The notes: generated by a model not told the origin, from the letters alone. A stretch of 64,000 nt of DNA from the human T2T-CHM13v2.0 reference genome, Homo sapiens (GCF_009914755.1 NC_060935.1); one strand, 5' to 3'. Shown: positions 39,400-53,790, counted from the first letter of the stretch. Program-made: numbers and translations.

Positions 39400-40098
39400 T
39401 TGCAAAAACTTAGCCAGGATCCATTCACTTCTCCCCAAAACCTACCTAGTACAAGCAAACAGCATTTTTCACCTGGACATTTGCATTTGTCTCCTACTTG
39501 TTGGTCCACCTGCTTCCACTCTTACCCCACCTAGTCCTTTTTCCACACAGCAGCCAGAATAAACATTTAAAAATGTAAATCAAATCCCATCACTCCTTCA
39601 TATCTGCTAATAGTCCATTGCCTAGAGAATGAAATCCACATTCCTCAGCCTGGCTTACTAAGCCCCATGGCAGCTGGCTGCTCTTGGTCTCTCTGACCTC
39701 ATCCCTTGTCACTCTTTCCTTCATTCACCATATTTCAGCCACATTGGCCTTTTTCCATTCCTGGGATAGGTCAAGCCTGTTTCTGCCTCTCAGCCTTTGC
39801 AGTAGTTGTTCCCTCTGCCCAGAATGCTCTTCCCTCCAAGTTGCTGAGGACTGGCTCTGTCCCATCATGCATACATTGATCCTGTTTTAATTCTCTGGAT
39901 GGCACTTTTTATTTGCTAGCACTACTTATTTATTAATGAGTACATTGCCTGTATTCCCCTGTACTGTGTGAACTTCATGAGAATGATTTTCTCTCTCCCG
40001 TTCACTGCTCTATCAGTACCTTGTATACTACCTAGCACAGGGGTGGAGTTCAAAAATGTGTGGGTTTTTTTTTTTTTGAGGAATAAGTGAACAAATGA
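39400..40098 (+). mobile_element. L2
   Basis: CCACACAGCAGCCAGAAT..CAGCCACATTGGCCTT..GTTCACTGCT..CCTAGCACAG. Confidence 0.9.
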
Positions 40099-40102
40099 GT
40101 CT

Positions 40103-40240
40103 AAAGCAGTGGTTCTTGATCTTGACTACCCATTAGAATCATTTGCACAAAGCCAAGCTCCACATAGACCAATTGAATCAGAATCTCTGGGCACAGGGCT
40201 CAGGTATTGGCACTTTTTAAAGCATCCAGATAAGCATTCA
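40103..40240. mobile_element. MER5B-like MITE
   Basis: AAGCAGTGGTTCT..ATTAGAATCA..GAATCAGAATCTCTGGG. Confidence 0.8.
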
Positions 40241-40299
40241 CCTAAGGCTCTGAAGCAACCCTTTGAAGATGAGAGCCCATCTCAAGCAGGGCAACTTAG

Positions 40300-40661
40300 A
40301 AAACTTCCTTGGGATTTTGTGTGCAAACTTTAGAAAGAAAAATTTTCTTTTTCTTTCTGGTGTTAGCCGAGATGCTGTAAGCCTCCGGCTGTCTGCCGCC
40401 ATGTCAGCCGACACCACCACCATTCCTGGGTGCACGGAGGAAGGCAAGCTGTAGGAGGAAAGAATAGGACCAACTCAACAGAGGAGCTGAGCCAATTCAA
40501 AGGGGAGGGAAGGCATGGCAGGGAGGAGGAGGAAAAGTGCTGATGGTGTTGTGGGAGACCCTGGAGTCTCTGAGTCTAGCTCCACTTAAATTCTCTTCTC
40601 GGCTCAATTTGGCAGGGGTTAGGTTTCTGTCATTTGCAACTAAAAGGATCCTGACCAATAC
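40300..40661 (+). mobile_element. MLT1 LTR 3' part
   Basis: Ends TTTCTGTCATTTGCAACTAAAAGGATCCTGACCAATAC. Confidence 0.7.
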
Positions 40662-42829
40662 TTGATCAAAGCAAATAATTGTGGGTCAAGAAAAGATGAT
40701 TTAAATGGGATCCAGAAGACAGAATATTAAGGCAGTGCCTTTATCAATAAATCCATAATTCCAAATATAGCCATTTGCTAAACCAGAAGGAATCCTTTGC
40801 TTCTCTTATTTCAGCCAGTTAGTCTGTTTACAAAGTGTCACAGTTAAGCACTTCCACAGCCGCATGAAAAGTATTAGATCACTTACTCTTCTCAATAAAG
40901 GGAACAAATTTGTGATGGACTGCACTGTGCATTCATCACGGGACACTGCATATGCCAAGCTTTCGGTCCTGAGGGGTTCCTCTCCCAGCCGGGATACTGA
41001 GAGAACTCAGCAAAAATGGTTGAATGCTGAGACCTCTATGATTTCCCTGTCCACCCCAATTCTAATCACAGGGCTCCTTTTGAGCCTTCACAGGGATGCT
41101 GAAAGGGTAGAAACTTTCGCTACAGAGGCCCTGACAACCCTGTAAGGTTGCACCTTGAGCAATGGAGAAATAGATCAGTAGGAAGTTGCCCAAGATGCCA
41201 GTCTTCAAGGGGTACCAAACGGAATGCTAAAAGGTTTTGAGAAATGGAGGGAAATCAAGGAAATTGTATTGGAGAGAAGTCCTCTCAAAGAGAATACTGT
41301 GTATGATTGAAAGGCACAAAGCTATACAGAGAAGATACGAGGCCTGGCACACACTCTTGGAAGTGCGTGCCTGAACTCTTTAAGCCTTCAAGACTGACAA
41401 GCCCTGCTCCACAAAATCCCACAGGCCAAGATGCTTTATTTCTGCAATCTTTCTGCATTTCCTGAAAGATAAGCTATATAAAAAAGAGAAATAAATGGTG
41501 ACATTCCCGGGAAGATTTCCTGCTGGCTTTGACTTTGCATGGAGGCACTGAACAGAGATGGGGCACATAGAATCACACAGGGAAAGTATGTAAACCGGGT
41601 CTCTAAGCTGGAGGAAACACCCAGATATTCTATTACCATTTTGTTAGGCTCCTGCCACAGACAGCCGCTGTGTTGTTTAATAGAGTAAGCCCTAGCATTA
41701 GCCCAAGTTAGAAGGCAACTGTAGCTGATTTCTCAGACTTCTGAGGCTTCCATCTCTCTAGGGCAATAGTCAGTGGCTGTGTTGTACTATAGAGAGCTGT
41801 TGAATTGGATAGCAATCTGCAGGGGGCAGCAGCGAGACAGATATACCTTAGGATAGCTCCAAAACAAAAGAATATTTGATAAGCCTCTCAGTAAAGCGTA
41901 GGACCTTTCCCAATGCCCTGTGCTGAACAGCATCCTGAGAATAGTGGGTTTGGTTAGCTGGGGGGCTTCATTTTGCTAAGGGAGGTATGCACGTTTGGGG
42001 CTAGGCGGAATAGTTCAGTGTGGTAGAGGAGAAGCAGAGCCCCACCCCTGGTAGTCTGCACTCTTCACTCTTTACCCTGTAGTGATCAGCTTCCCCAGTA
42101 AGTGTTGAACGAATATTTCAAGTCTGTGGGTTTGAAGGAAAGTCAGAATCTTACCTGCCTGAGGAGCCCCATAATTTGTTCTGTCCTGCTCACAGACATT
42201 CAACAGCCTCCTCACACCTGAAGCCTGGTGTAGAAGGGAAGGGAAGGGAAGGTGCATTGTCATTCTTCCCAGGACAGACACAATGAAGAAAGTTGCACCT
42301 CAGCATATCTGATTGTTTCTTTTTTGCTTTTTTATTTCTTATATTTGAACCTGAAATTATCCCTTGTCTATTACCACTGCCTTCCTGTAGGTTTTCTATT
42401 AAAAAAAAAGTGGCCGTATTTTGTCAGGGCTAAAACCCGGGTAAGATTGTCCACCATTAAAGCCCTAAAACTCATCTAATATAGGACTCTTAATTTGATA
42501 AGCTCTTCCAGACCTAAACCCACATCATATATTCTATGATCAATAAACTGTAATGAAATTCCAAATAAGCCCCTCCCCATGGAGCACCAGCCTTCCAGTT
42601 TGGAAAGTAGTGATCTGGTGGTTTCATCATTCTCCATCATTAGCAGAGGATGCTGTAGTTCACTTCCCACATCCTGACACCATATCTTATGCTCACTCCC
42701 TTGTTTAACACTAGATCTCTAATGTGCACATATACACACACACTTGCATATATAAATCAGTACAGATAAAGATCTATACAAAACAAAACTATAAAACAAC
42801 TAAAGAATATGAAATTATTGTTTAAAAAT

Positions 42830-43202
42830 CATGGACATGCGATATTTATTTCCCTCTTTTCCCAGTGGGATCTAAATATCCTCTACCCCAGGTCTCTGGT
42901 GTTGGCCCTGCTACTTGCTTTCCAGTAGAATGTTAGTAGACACATAAAGTATTTTGTGCATCAGCAATCACCATGAAGATAACATGCCCAGCTAGTTCAC
43001 TGATCCCAGGAGGACAAGGGCCACCTGGAGCAGAACTGATCCCAAGCTACAGCTTAAAGCGAAGCCCAGCCAAGCCCAAGTGGTATCAGCTAAAACTCAA
43101 TCCTCAGACATATGAATGAGAATAAATGATTGCATTTTAAAGCCACTACACTTTTGGGTGGTCTGTTATACAGATTTATTGTGACTATAGCTAAATAAGA
43201 CA
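42830..43202 (+). mobile_element. MLT1 (H-like) LTR
   Basis: CACCATGAAGATAACATGCCC..GAGAATAAATG..TTTTAAAGCCACT..ATAGCTAA. Confidence 0.8.
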
Positions 43203-44182
43203 GAATGATATTTTCTGAAGCAAGCTATGAAAGTTCAAAGTCAGAAGAGAAAATGCTGACAGAGGTGACCATGTCTATTTTTAAAGCTGTATATGGATGT
43301 TTAAGAAAACAGCACCATAAACAAGCTTAAAAATTAATCTGAGCCAATAATTTAAAAAGTGTCTTTAGCAGATGAAGGTGAGATGGAGGAATGGGAAAGA
43401 ACAGGATGCGTAAAATATATCTGTAGTAATGAACTTTGTCCCTTTCATTCGTGGAACATCGTGTCGCTGGTAAAAGGAATGAAGTCAGTCATTCAGGACT
43501 CACCATGGAAAGATGTTCATGCTGAATAGAAATTTCAGGATATGTGATTAGTAAGACAGTATCTTGAAAAGGGATTTGGAGGGAAGTCCACTATATTTGT
43601 TGCCCCTAGGGACTGGAATTGGGGGAAAGACAGTGAGAATGGGGACTTTCAATTTGGCTATGTCTATATCTTTGCATTCTATTCTAATGACCATGTATTA
43701 GGTGGGTGTTTGGTCTCAGATATCCTTTTGCCTAAAAGCTCAATATTGTAATAGCACCATTATTATATGGTGATCCAGCCATATATATAGGATTTCCGAC
43801 AGGGACAAGAAGCCTACTACCCTCTGACATAGACCTTTGGATGGATTTATTTTTTAGAAACACCTCCAAGTATTTTCATACATTTACATAAAATCTGCTG
43901 CTCTTTCTCCTAACTTCACTTTAACTTTCCTAAGATAGAGACTACATCTTATTTTTTCTTTATTTTCAACAAGTCAGGTATAGTTAAGTATATTTACTGG
44001 AGCACACAGATATGAGGGTGCATACCTTCACTCTATAACTGTTGACTCTCAGAGGTTCAGGGGAGATCATAGACTATCCCATTAAATCCCTAATGCCAAC
44101 TATTTCACAGAAAAGGAAAATGAAGCCCCAGAGGGACAGGTCTCTGAGCTGTGAGATCAAAACCAGGACTCAGAAGAACTAA

Positions 44183-44548
<366 letters not shown>

Positions 44549-44589
44549 TAGTCCAGTTCTAAAGACTGGTTGGTCTAGGGTCTGAGAAG

Positions 44590-44850
44590 GCAGCAAGATA
44601 GCAGGATATATGACAAGAGCATGAGCTTTGGAATTAGACAAACATAGGTTCAAATCTCAGTTCTGGGATTTGCATAAACTGTGCCATTGGCCAGGTTGCT
44701 AACATTTCTGAGTCTCTATGCTTTCGCTTATAAAATGGGAGGGTAATAGCTATTAAACAGAGTTATTGTGAAAAAAAATGACATAAGATTTATAAAGCAC
44801 TCAGCTCAGGGCCTGGCAGAGAGTAGGAGCTAATTAAATGTGAATGTCAT
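44590..44850 (+). mobile_element. Near full-length MIR
   Basis: AAGAGCATGAGCTTTGGAATTAGAC..GGTTCAAATCTCAG..TAAAATGGG. Confidence 0.9.
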
Positions 44851-45491
44851 TCCCTTCTCTGTGGAATATCTCAGTAGCTAAAACACTTCTTTATGCATCA
44901 AGGAATTAATACCACTGTTAAGAGATTAATTCACAGCAATGCACATGAAAACAGTGATTCAGATCATGGCAAAAAACTATAATTAAAGTATCTGGTATTG
45001 TTTGATTACAGGGTTGGCTTCACTGACTTTAGCACTTTGTGGGCAGAGAGCAGGCAGCTGAGAGGCAAAGCGTGGCTTTGTTTTCTGGGAGGTTTCTGAC
45101 CACTTCCCAGGTCAGGGTGGGGATTACTCTTCTGATCCTTGTTTTGCACTGAAGTGTCTAAGCCTTAATGGGTTGACATAGAGAGGGGAACTTACATTTA
45201 CTAAACATCTACTATATGCCAGGCCCTTTAAATACGCATTCTCACTTTATTTTCCCAGAAATCCCAAAAGGCCAATATGTACAACTACATTTGATAACCA
45301 AGAATGCTGAGGCTCATCGGTAAATTCAATAAGTTGCTTACGATGTCATCCCCAGTTAAGGATGGAGGTAGGGTTTAATTCAAGTCTGCTCAACTCCAGA
45401 GGCTATGTTCAATTCAATACAGAGGCTACCTCCTATTTCGGGCACAAATTTATAGCTAAGTATGTAACAGGCACTGTTGTAAGTACTTTGA

Positions 45492-46236
<745 letters not shown>

Positions 46237-46440
46237 CCTATAATTTCTTATTTAATCCTCCAATAGTTTTATGTGGTAAGTATTATTTTTATTCCTAAGT
46301 TTTTCAGGTGAGATAATTGAAACACAGAGAGGTTAAGCAACATGCCCTAGATCACTGAGCTAGTATATAAAAGAGAGTGGGTTTGAACCCATTCCAACTT
46401 CTGCAACACTCATGCTCTTAATAATCGTATTAGACTGCCT
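46237..46440 (-). mobile_element. MIR (continues the fragment at about 45460-45490)
   Basis: TATTTAATCCTC..GAAACACAGAGAGGTTAAGCAAC..GGGTTTGAACCC. Confidence 0.85.
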
Positions 46441-47494
46441 AGTCAGACTAGACATCAAAGACTGTTTTCCCCAAGCTGAAGAACTTTCATGTCTCAGTGG
46501 AATTTTCCTTCAGAATCAAACTTTATTTCTGATGGCTTGAGCCCTATTTGCATCTGGCATGAGGTTAGTTTTTCACTTTGTAAGAAATAACATTCTAATG
46601 GGTTTTTAAGGGCCCAGAAGACTTGTTAGCCATTCCCTGGCTGCCGCAGGACAAACTCATTAAAAACATCTGAACAAAACCAACAGAACTTGAAGGGCAA
46701 CAAGAAAATGAAGACACTCTGGGGGTGGGGTTAGAGAATCCTTATGGTAAATCACAGATATTAAAGGGTCCACTCACTCAACTGGAGGTGGAACTCTGTG
46801 ACCAAGACATTTCACCCGTTTGCATTACAGGGTCTCATAGGTTGGTAACAAGAATTGCAGTCACTTACTCATCTTATCAGAATTTCTGTCAAGAAAACAA
46901 TTTGGATATCCCTAGAGTTTTCTCTTAATGGGATTTTACCTCTGTGGAAAAGGGTTTGATAAGTAAATGAATGACGCAAACAAAATTGGAGGAAAAATGT
47001 TTACTGAGCTAAATTATTTTGCAACCCTGGAAAAGTACCAATTATAGGAAAATACGGTTTATCCAGAGTTCTATCAATTGGGGTTTACTATTAATTTGAT
47101 CTGTAAAATGGGGATAATCACACTGATGTCTCAAGGTGGTGGCAAGGAACATGCGAAGTACACCATATGGAGGTGACCTAGCACGGCAACTACCACAGTG
47201 ATAAAAATACGTTGAGATATGCTTGCATTCTTTTATGGGGCTCTGAGGACCAAGGACTGGCCACTGTGTTTTCTCTTCCGGCCTTTGGGGAGCAGTCTTT
47301 AGAACATACAGAGACCGTTTAAAAAATAATGAACAGAAAAAAGCAATAAACTCTCCAATGCCCTAAACAACCCAGACGCAGAGCAGTAAGCACTGGCTCT
47401 AGTATCTGCAAATAACCTTGCAGATTTTCTGACTACCTGGTTTTCAGAAGCCCACCTAAGTAAATCTCCTAACCCCTGGATCATGTCAAGAGGC

Positions 47495-47710
47495 AGCACA
47501 GCACAGCAGTGAACATCTTGGCTCCAATACCAGTTGACCTGGGTTTAAATTCTTGCTCTTTACTTACTTGGCCATTTTAGTTAAATATTTGTAAAATGGG
47601 GTTAGTAATACCTATAGTTGACTGTGGTGAGGGTTCAATCAGATAATACACGTAGGGTGCTAGAAGAATGTCTAGCACGTAGTTAGTGGTTAATAATTAG
47701 AGGTCAGTGT
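47495..47710 (+). mobile_element. MIR
   Basis: CCTGGGTTTAAAT..TGTAAAATGGGGTTAGTAATACCTA. Confidence 0.85.
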
Positions 47711-48020
47711 TAATGATTATAATTATTAGTGCAGAGTATGGCATAATTTCCTTCTTCCCCTTCCTTCTGTGACAGCTCCATCATGGTGGGTCTCAGTCTT
47801 GTGTGGTGGTAGCAAAGTAGGCTTCATAAGGAAGTCAGGAGCCTAGCCCATAGGCTCTATGGAGATAAAGGCCCTAATGAAAGATCTGGTAGGCTTCCTA
47901 GAAAAGATTAGAGCGTAAACTTTGGAACCAGGCATACTTGGGTTTAAATTCTGATTTCTCTGATGACCAGCTGGCTCTGTGACCTTCAGCAAGATCTCAG
48001 GACCTTAGAATGGACATGTA

Positions 48021-48380
48021 CTGTCATGTATTGCATCCATGGTCATGATGCATGGTCCATTTTGGTCAATGATGGACCACATATACAATGGTGGTCCCAT
48101 AAGATTATAGTACTGTATTTTTTACTATACCTTTTCTATGTTTAGATATATTTAGATACACAAAACTTACCATTGTGTTACAATTGCCTACAGTATTCAG
48201 TATAGTAACATGCTCTACAGGTTTGTAGCCCAGGAGCATAGGCCATACCGTATAGTCTAGGTGTGTAGTAGGCTATACCATTTAGGTTTGCCTAAGTACA
48301 TTGTATGATATTCCTACCATGACAAAATCACCTACTGATGCATTTCTTGGAATATTTCCTTGTTGTTAGGTGGTGCATTT
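48021..48380 (+). mobile_element. Tigger3a (MER7A-type) TcMar DNA transposon
   Basis: TA|CTGTCATG start; GGTGGTCCCATAAGATTATA, TTACCATTGTGTTACAATTGCCTACAGTATTCAG and TAGGTGTGTAGTAGGCTATACCA. Confidence 0.92.
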
Positions 48381-48524
48381 AACATGGTTGTTAAATTTTT
48401 ACTAATTGAAGAGTAAAATCTCAAGTAAAAGAACTCTTCCTTGTTCAGCTTTAAACTTTGTAACCAGTGGTCTTGTCAATTGCAAGGTTGTTCTGAGCTG
48501 ACAAGCTAGTTAGAGAAATGGTCC

Positions 48525-48965
48525 GTATGCTTTTATTTGGAGGAGGACTGCATAAAAAACCATCTCAAACTTTAGTGGCTTAAACCAACAACCATTTATT
48601 TAGCTGATGACTCTGAGGGTTGCTAATTTGGTCTGGGCTCAGCTGGGCAGTTCTTCTGCTAGTCTCAAATGGGTTCACTCATGTGTCTGCAGTTAACTGC
48701 CAGTCAGTGAGGTGACTCTGTTTCTGGGGATTAGCTGGCTATTGGTGGGGCCATGGAGCAACATTCATCAAGCTAGAGCAGGCAGTCATGGGGTTATGGG
48801 AGATGCAAGAAAGGATGTCTCAATACACAAACACTTCTCAAGATTCCTCTTGCATCACAATGGCCGAAGCAAGTCACACAGCCACAACAATAGTATAAAG
48901 GGAACTTCCCAAGGGTGTAGGATGATGTGAACAATTCGAATCCATTACTGCAACAATTTACCACA
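48525..48965 (-). mobile_element. MLT1 solo LTR
   Basis: TTAGTGGCTTAAACCAACAACCATTTATTTAGCT..GGGCTCAGCTGGGCAGTTCTTCTG; ends TACCACA. Confidence 0.85.
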
Positions 48966-49384
48966 ATCACCACAGAACATGTTTTGGGAGAAATAATTCA
49001 TTTCTGAAATAGGCATCTTGTACATACACATGAAGCCAAAGTGCCTTTCCTCTTAATATATTCCAAAGAGAAATTATTCACTACGACCCTCTGGACAAAG
49101 GCTGAATAAAGAATTTTCCGCTTACCAACCAACTGAAATGCTCTCTCTCGCATAGAGATTTCCTGATTTCCTGTGAATTAAAGCTCCAGAATAGGGGGTT
49201 TCTAAGTCTCTTTAAACGCTGACATTCTATGAATCTATACTTTTCAATTCCAATTTGAAAAGAGCTGAATCCCAGGATAAGAAAGCCCTGTTTCTTGTCC
49301 AGTGAGGCAGTCACAGGAAATTTCAGCCCAATGCAAAGAACAACTGGTCAACCATGAAGACTGTGTGACATGACCATGGATTAA

Positions 49385-49450
49385 AATGTCTCAAGAAGTA
49401 GTGAGCTCCCTGTTACTGAAGGTGATCAAGCACAGACTGGACAGCCATTT
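49385..49450 (+). mobile_element. Possible CR1/L3 fragment
   Basis: GAAGTAGTGAGCTCCCTGTTACTGAAGGTGATCAAGCACAGACTGGA resembles the CR1-type 3' conserved block. Confidence 0.55.
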
Positions 49451-49587
49451 TTAAAAATAATCAAAAGCTGTGGTTCTAATTGTATTTGTGTAAGGAGACA
49501 TCAGAATGTTTATATTGCTTCCAGGAATTCTGATGCCCTCCCCAAGACAGGCCATGCAGAAAAGTGGAATCTGTCCCTGTATTAGGC

Positions 49588-49639
<52 letters not shown>

Positions 49640-49651
49640 ATATATATATAT
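49588..49651. repeat. A-run followed by interrupted (TA)n
   Basis: A16 then about 23 TA units with one phase shift. Confidence 0.97.
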
Positions 49652-50932
49652 TTATGCATTTAACAACAAGTGAGCACTTACTATAAACAAATTAAAGTAC
49701 TTTCACATCTTATACCTTCCTTTATCTTAGTGCCAATAACTCCTTTATACAAAGGGAAATCAAAGGCTTACAGATTTTGCTCTAAGTCACTCCCAACTAG
49801 TAAGTATCTGAGTGGTTCCTTCACTTTCAACTCAGCAGTTCTTTTCATGTTCTTGGCGACCTTCTTTCTTTCCTTCCATCATTCGTTTTTGTTCAGTCTG
49901 TCTGTCATTTGATCTTCATCCTTAATGAAATCTCTTTTAAATATGGGGAAGGATAGGCATGTACTAGCATCTCAACTTACAGACCTTAAGACTGGGTGAG
50001 AATTAAATTAGATAATATATGTAAAGTTCTTAGAGCAGCATCAGGTACCTGAAAAACACTCCATGAAGTCTAGTTAATATGATTATATGGGGAGAAAATA
50101 CATGAAGCTTTTGAAATTGAGCCTGAGTTCAGAGAATCTGAGATGTCTGGTCAGAAAGAAACATGTAAAAAGGGTGAGAGGGCAATGACCACAGCCCCAC
50201 ATCCTTGAATCCTGTGGTTGTTTCAGGAACCCCAAGGAGCATGAGGACATCCTGAACAGAGGCCACCTCAGGAGAGCTGAAGGAGCAGGAGAGCAGCCCT
50301 GGTGCACCCTGCCCAGGCTCAACTCCTCCCGCAGAACTAAGCCAGGGCTGAGAAGTTCCTTGAAAGAGGCTGCTCTTTGGAAGCCTTGCACATTTCTGAA
50401 GGCTGCCAAGAGAGTGTGTGGCTGAAACCAGAGTGAGGACCCATGCTTCCTTGAGGTGGAGCCCAGGGTAAGCATGAGATAGAGAAGTTAATCCTTTCTT
50501 CCTGCTTTGTGCTCCCACACCCACTCCTGATGGCCCTCTTGGGCAAGAGCTAAAACAGCCCAACACAAACTGTCTCTCATGAGTGGCTGACATCTGGTCT
50601 CTAGAAAATACTCAAGTAATACTTGTCTGGCAAACTCCTGGAGTACAGGTCACACCCAGCAGCTGACCACTTTCTCCTTGGCTCTGAGGCCATGACAGCT
50701 AGCCAGTCTAGTGTAGGCCCATTTGAATTCTAAAGTGTGTCAGCCCTGGCCACCCTACAGCAGGGGATGAAGAGCAGGCTCTTGGCATGGTCTTCTTCAG
50801 ACCCCTCTCCCTTGCCTTGCATGCATGTCCTCATGGAAAAATGTGCTGTGTGAGCAGGTTAGGGGTGGGTGGGGTGGGAGAAAATGGAATATTTTCTGAA
50901 AGAAGATCCTTTTCAGCAATTGTTTTAAAGTT

Positions 50933-51061
50933 GAGCCAGGCGTGGTGGCTCACATCTGCAGTCCCAGCACTTTGGGAGCAGGAAGATCGCTTGAGGTCAA
51001 GAGTTTGACACCAGCCTGGGCAACATAGCAAGACCCTGTTTCTAAAGAAAAAAAAAAGAAG

Positions 51062-51123
<62 letters not shown>

Positions 51124-51140
51124 GAAAGAAAGAAAGAAAG

Positions 51141-51171
<31 letters not shown>

Positions 51172-51344
51172 AAACTTAGCTGAGCATGGTGGTATGTGCC
51201 TATAGTCTCTGCTACTTGGGAGGCTGAGGCAGGAGTATCACTTAAGTCCAGGAGTTCCAGGCTGCAATGAGCCATGATCACAACATTGCGCTCCAGCCTG
51301 GGTGACAGAGCAAGACTGTCTCTAAAGATAAATAAATTAGTTAA
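50933..51344 (+). mobile_element. AluJ (Jo-like) with an expanded middle linker
   Basis: J-type GATCGCTTGAG, GGGCAACATAGCAAGACCC and CAGGCTGCAATGAGCCATGATC. TSD TTAAAGTT at 50925-50932 and 51345-51352. Confidence 0.95.
51044..51174. repeat. Compound (GAA)/(GAAA)/(GA) microsatellite, 131-bp pure purine tract
   Basis: No pyrimidine on the + strand between 51044 and 51174. Confidence 0.97.
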
Positions 51345-51829
51345 TTAAAGTTATGTGGATAAGGTAATTCTTAAGACAATACTAAACAGAGATTAGAGGT
51401 AGTGAAATGAAATGTATCATTGAAGCATCCAATGAAAACCAAGAAAGAAGTGGAACAGGTGGTCTGCCTTTGAATGTGCTTGCACTTGGAATAATCCACA
51501 GTACTGGCACCCGCTGATGCTGAAGGCTGGCTCTTCCTGGGCCTGGACCCACATGTCCAGACCCAGGTCAGGAGAGAAGCACCTGCTGGAGTTTCCCCTG
51601 AACCTCTGCACTTGGCCGCCTTGGAGCCACTGCTATTACAGAGGCAGTTTTAAGGACCCCAGATAAAATATTTGACAGAAAGGGAAGAAGCATCAGCATC
51701 CACAGTTGAGCCTGTGCTTCCCAGGATGCCAAGGGCTTTTTATACAGAATTTCTTTTCAATAGGAAGGCAAAAAAGACAATTTCATGCCATCCTCAGTGC
51801 AGCTTGATGTCTTACTTCACCAGATAATA

Positions 51830-52322
51830 TTTTTTGCTCTTCTCTCTTCATTGCTCTATCTGCCTTGAATGTCCTTTTCCTGGATCTCCACATTTCAAAC
51901 CCCACTGTCCATGTAGACTTAATCCAAACCCCTACCCTCTCCATAAAGCCTTCTGTGGTTCCTCCTCCACCACTACTATGAGCCACAGTCAGAAATAACT
52001 TCATCACATACTTACTCATTCTGTGCCATAGCTTCCTCGTCTGTAAGATGGGCATAATAATAATGCCAATTCCATAAGATTATTGTGGGAATTAGGAAGA
52101 GCACTTAGAATTAAGCTTAGCATATAAATAAAGTTTAATAATGATAATGATAATAATAATTGTAGTTGTTGTCAATGGATATAATTTATCTCCTTTGCTG
52201 CACTGTAGGATTTTGGAGGCAGGGCATGAATGAGGTCTTATTCATCTCTGAATCCAGAGGCTAGCAGTCAGCCTTGATGCCCAACAGATACTCAGGCTCA
52301 GTAGAATGTTTGATGAATGAGA
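51830..52322 (+). mobile_element. L2 3' region interrupted by a MIR fragment (about 52010-52150)
   Basis: CTCTCCATAAAGCCTTC; MIR CTCGTCTGTAAGATGGGCATAATAATA; L2 end GGAGGCAGGG..TGATGAATGA. Confidence 0.75.
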
Positions 52323-53529
52323 GTGGAGGAGTGTCAGAGGCCAGCGACAAGAGCGATCTTTGAGCCAACAGACTCCCCACTCATTAACCCTCCATCTGCC
52401 TCGCCATCTTTATGGGCCACCTATCACTATGCGGCTATTGTTTAAAGCCGGCCAAACTATCCTGGTGCTGGCTGCTGGCAGCCTCGGCTTCAAGCAGCCG
52501 CCAGAGAGGCTGCTGCGTAGGCTTACAGCATCATCGAAGCTGCCTTTGGGGCTCTGCTTCTCAGGGGCTGGTACAGATGAAACCTGTGCCCCTGGCAAAG
52601 TGGGGGCCTGGTCTTTCTGCAATCCCAGCCCTGCTTGGACACCCATTACGGCAATGAGCACAGTGCATTTGACTTTTTGCCTTGTCTCTCACGCTTCTCA
52701 ACATGGACGGTTCGTAATGGATGTCAGACTTTGAATTTCTTATCATGTTGTTTATATCTAATAAGTGAATTGCCCTGTTTTTTTAAAAGTCAGCTTTTAA
52801 AAATACTGTGTTTGAACATCTGTCAAGGGCTGGGGATTAGCTGAATAGGCACTGGATGCCAGGATATTATATTCTCTCTTATCCTTTATACTGTAATTAT
52901 CTTGATCCTCAAACAACTCAGCACCAGTTACAACCACTTTCGCAGACTTGTTGTTGCTGCAAATTCAAAAAATTATTTTATTTGAATCTAAATTAAACTG
53001 ATATGTAACAAGGTTTTTTTTTCATGCTAAGTCTCAAAAAACAGTATCTGCAGATGATTAAAAAACAGTAAAACACGGACAATTTCAAAGTTTATTTCAA
53101 GAATAAACTCATGAAAATTCATCTAATTATGCAGCAGTGTACCAAAAATAATCTTTTCCAAACCTAAATTTGTTTAACAAAACACACAGTCAGCTAAGCC
53201 AAATGAAAGCAAACGTGTGTTTATGCCATAGTCACCCCCTCCCCCTGGCTGCTCCAGTGGGCACGAGGGCTTGGCAGGGTCCTGAAGCCTGTTGGCGGCT
53301 TCTGAGTCCTGACACTTTGCTTGCTGGTGTTTCCAACGAGCGGGCCATTGGCTCCACTGATCACAGAAATGGACCCTGTTGCTGCTTGTGTAAGTGGTCT
53401 CTGTTTCTGGAATGTGGAGAGCTGAAGCAGGGAGGACAGAGTATTTTACTCTCAACGACTCGGGGGGAAAAAGAAACTAGTAAAACATCATGCACGTAAC
53501 TGCAGGCAGAGTAGTGCTGTGTCTGCCAA

Positions 53530-53790
53530 TGATTAATAGTAATAGTGAGAATAGCTACTGTTTCTTGAGCCCTTGTGCTGCACCAGGTATTCATTTAAGA
53601 GTCTCACATTCTTCATTTTTTCAACTGACCCATGTAACAAAATAACTGGGAGCCGGTTGTCATGACCCCTACTTTACAGATGTAGAAACTGAGGTTTAAA
53701 GGGAAATAGCTTGTCTAAGATCACACAAGTAATTGGCTGAGCTGAGATTTGAATCTGTCTGACTTCAAAAGCCATGTGTTTAAACTGCCA
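53530..53790 (-). mobile_element. MIR
   Basis: CTTTACAGATGTAGAAACTGAGG..AAGATCACACA..GATTTGAATC. Confidence 0.9.
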
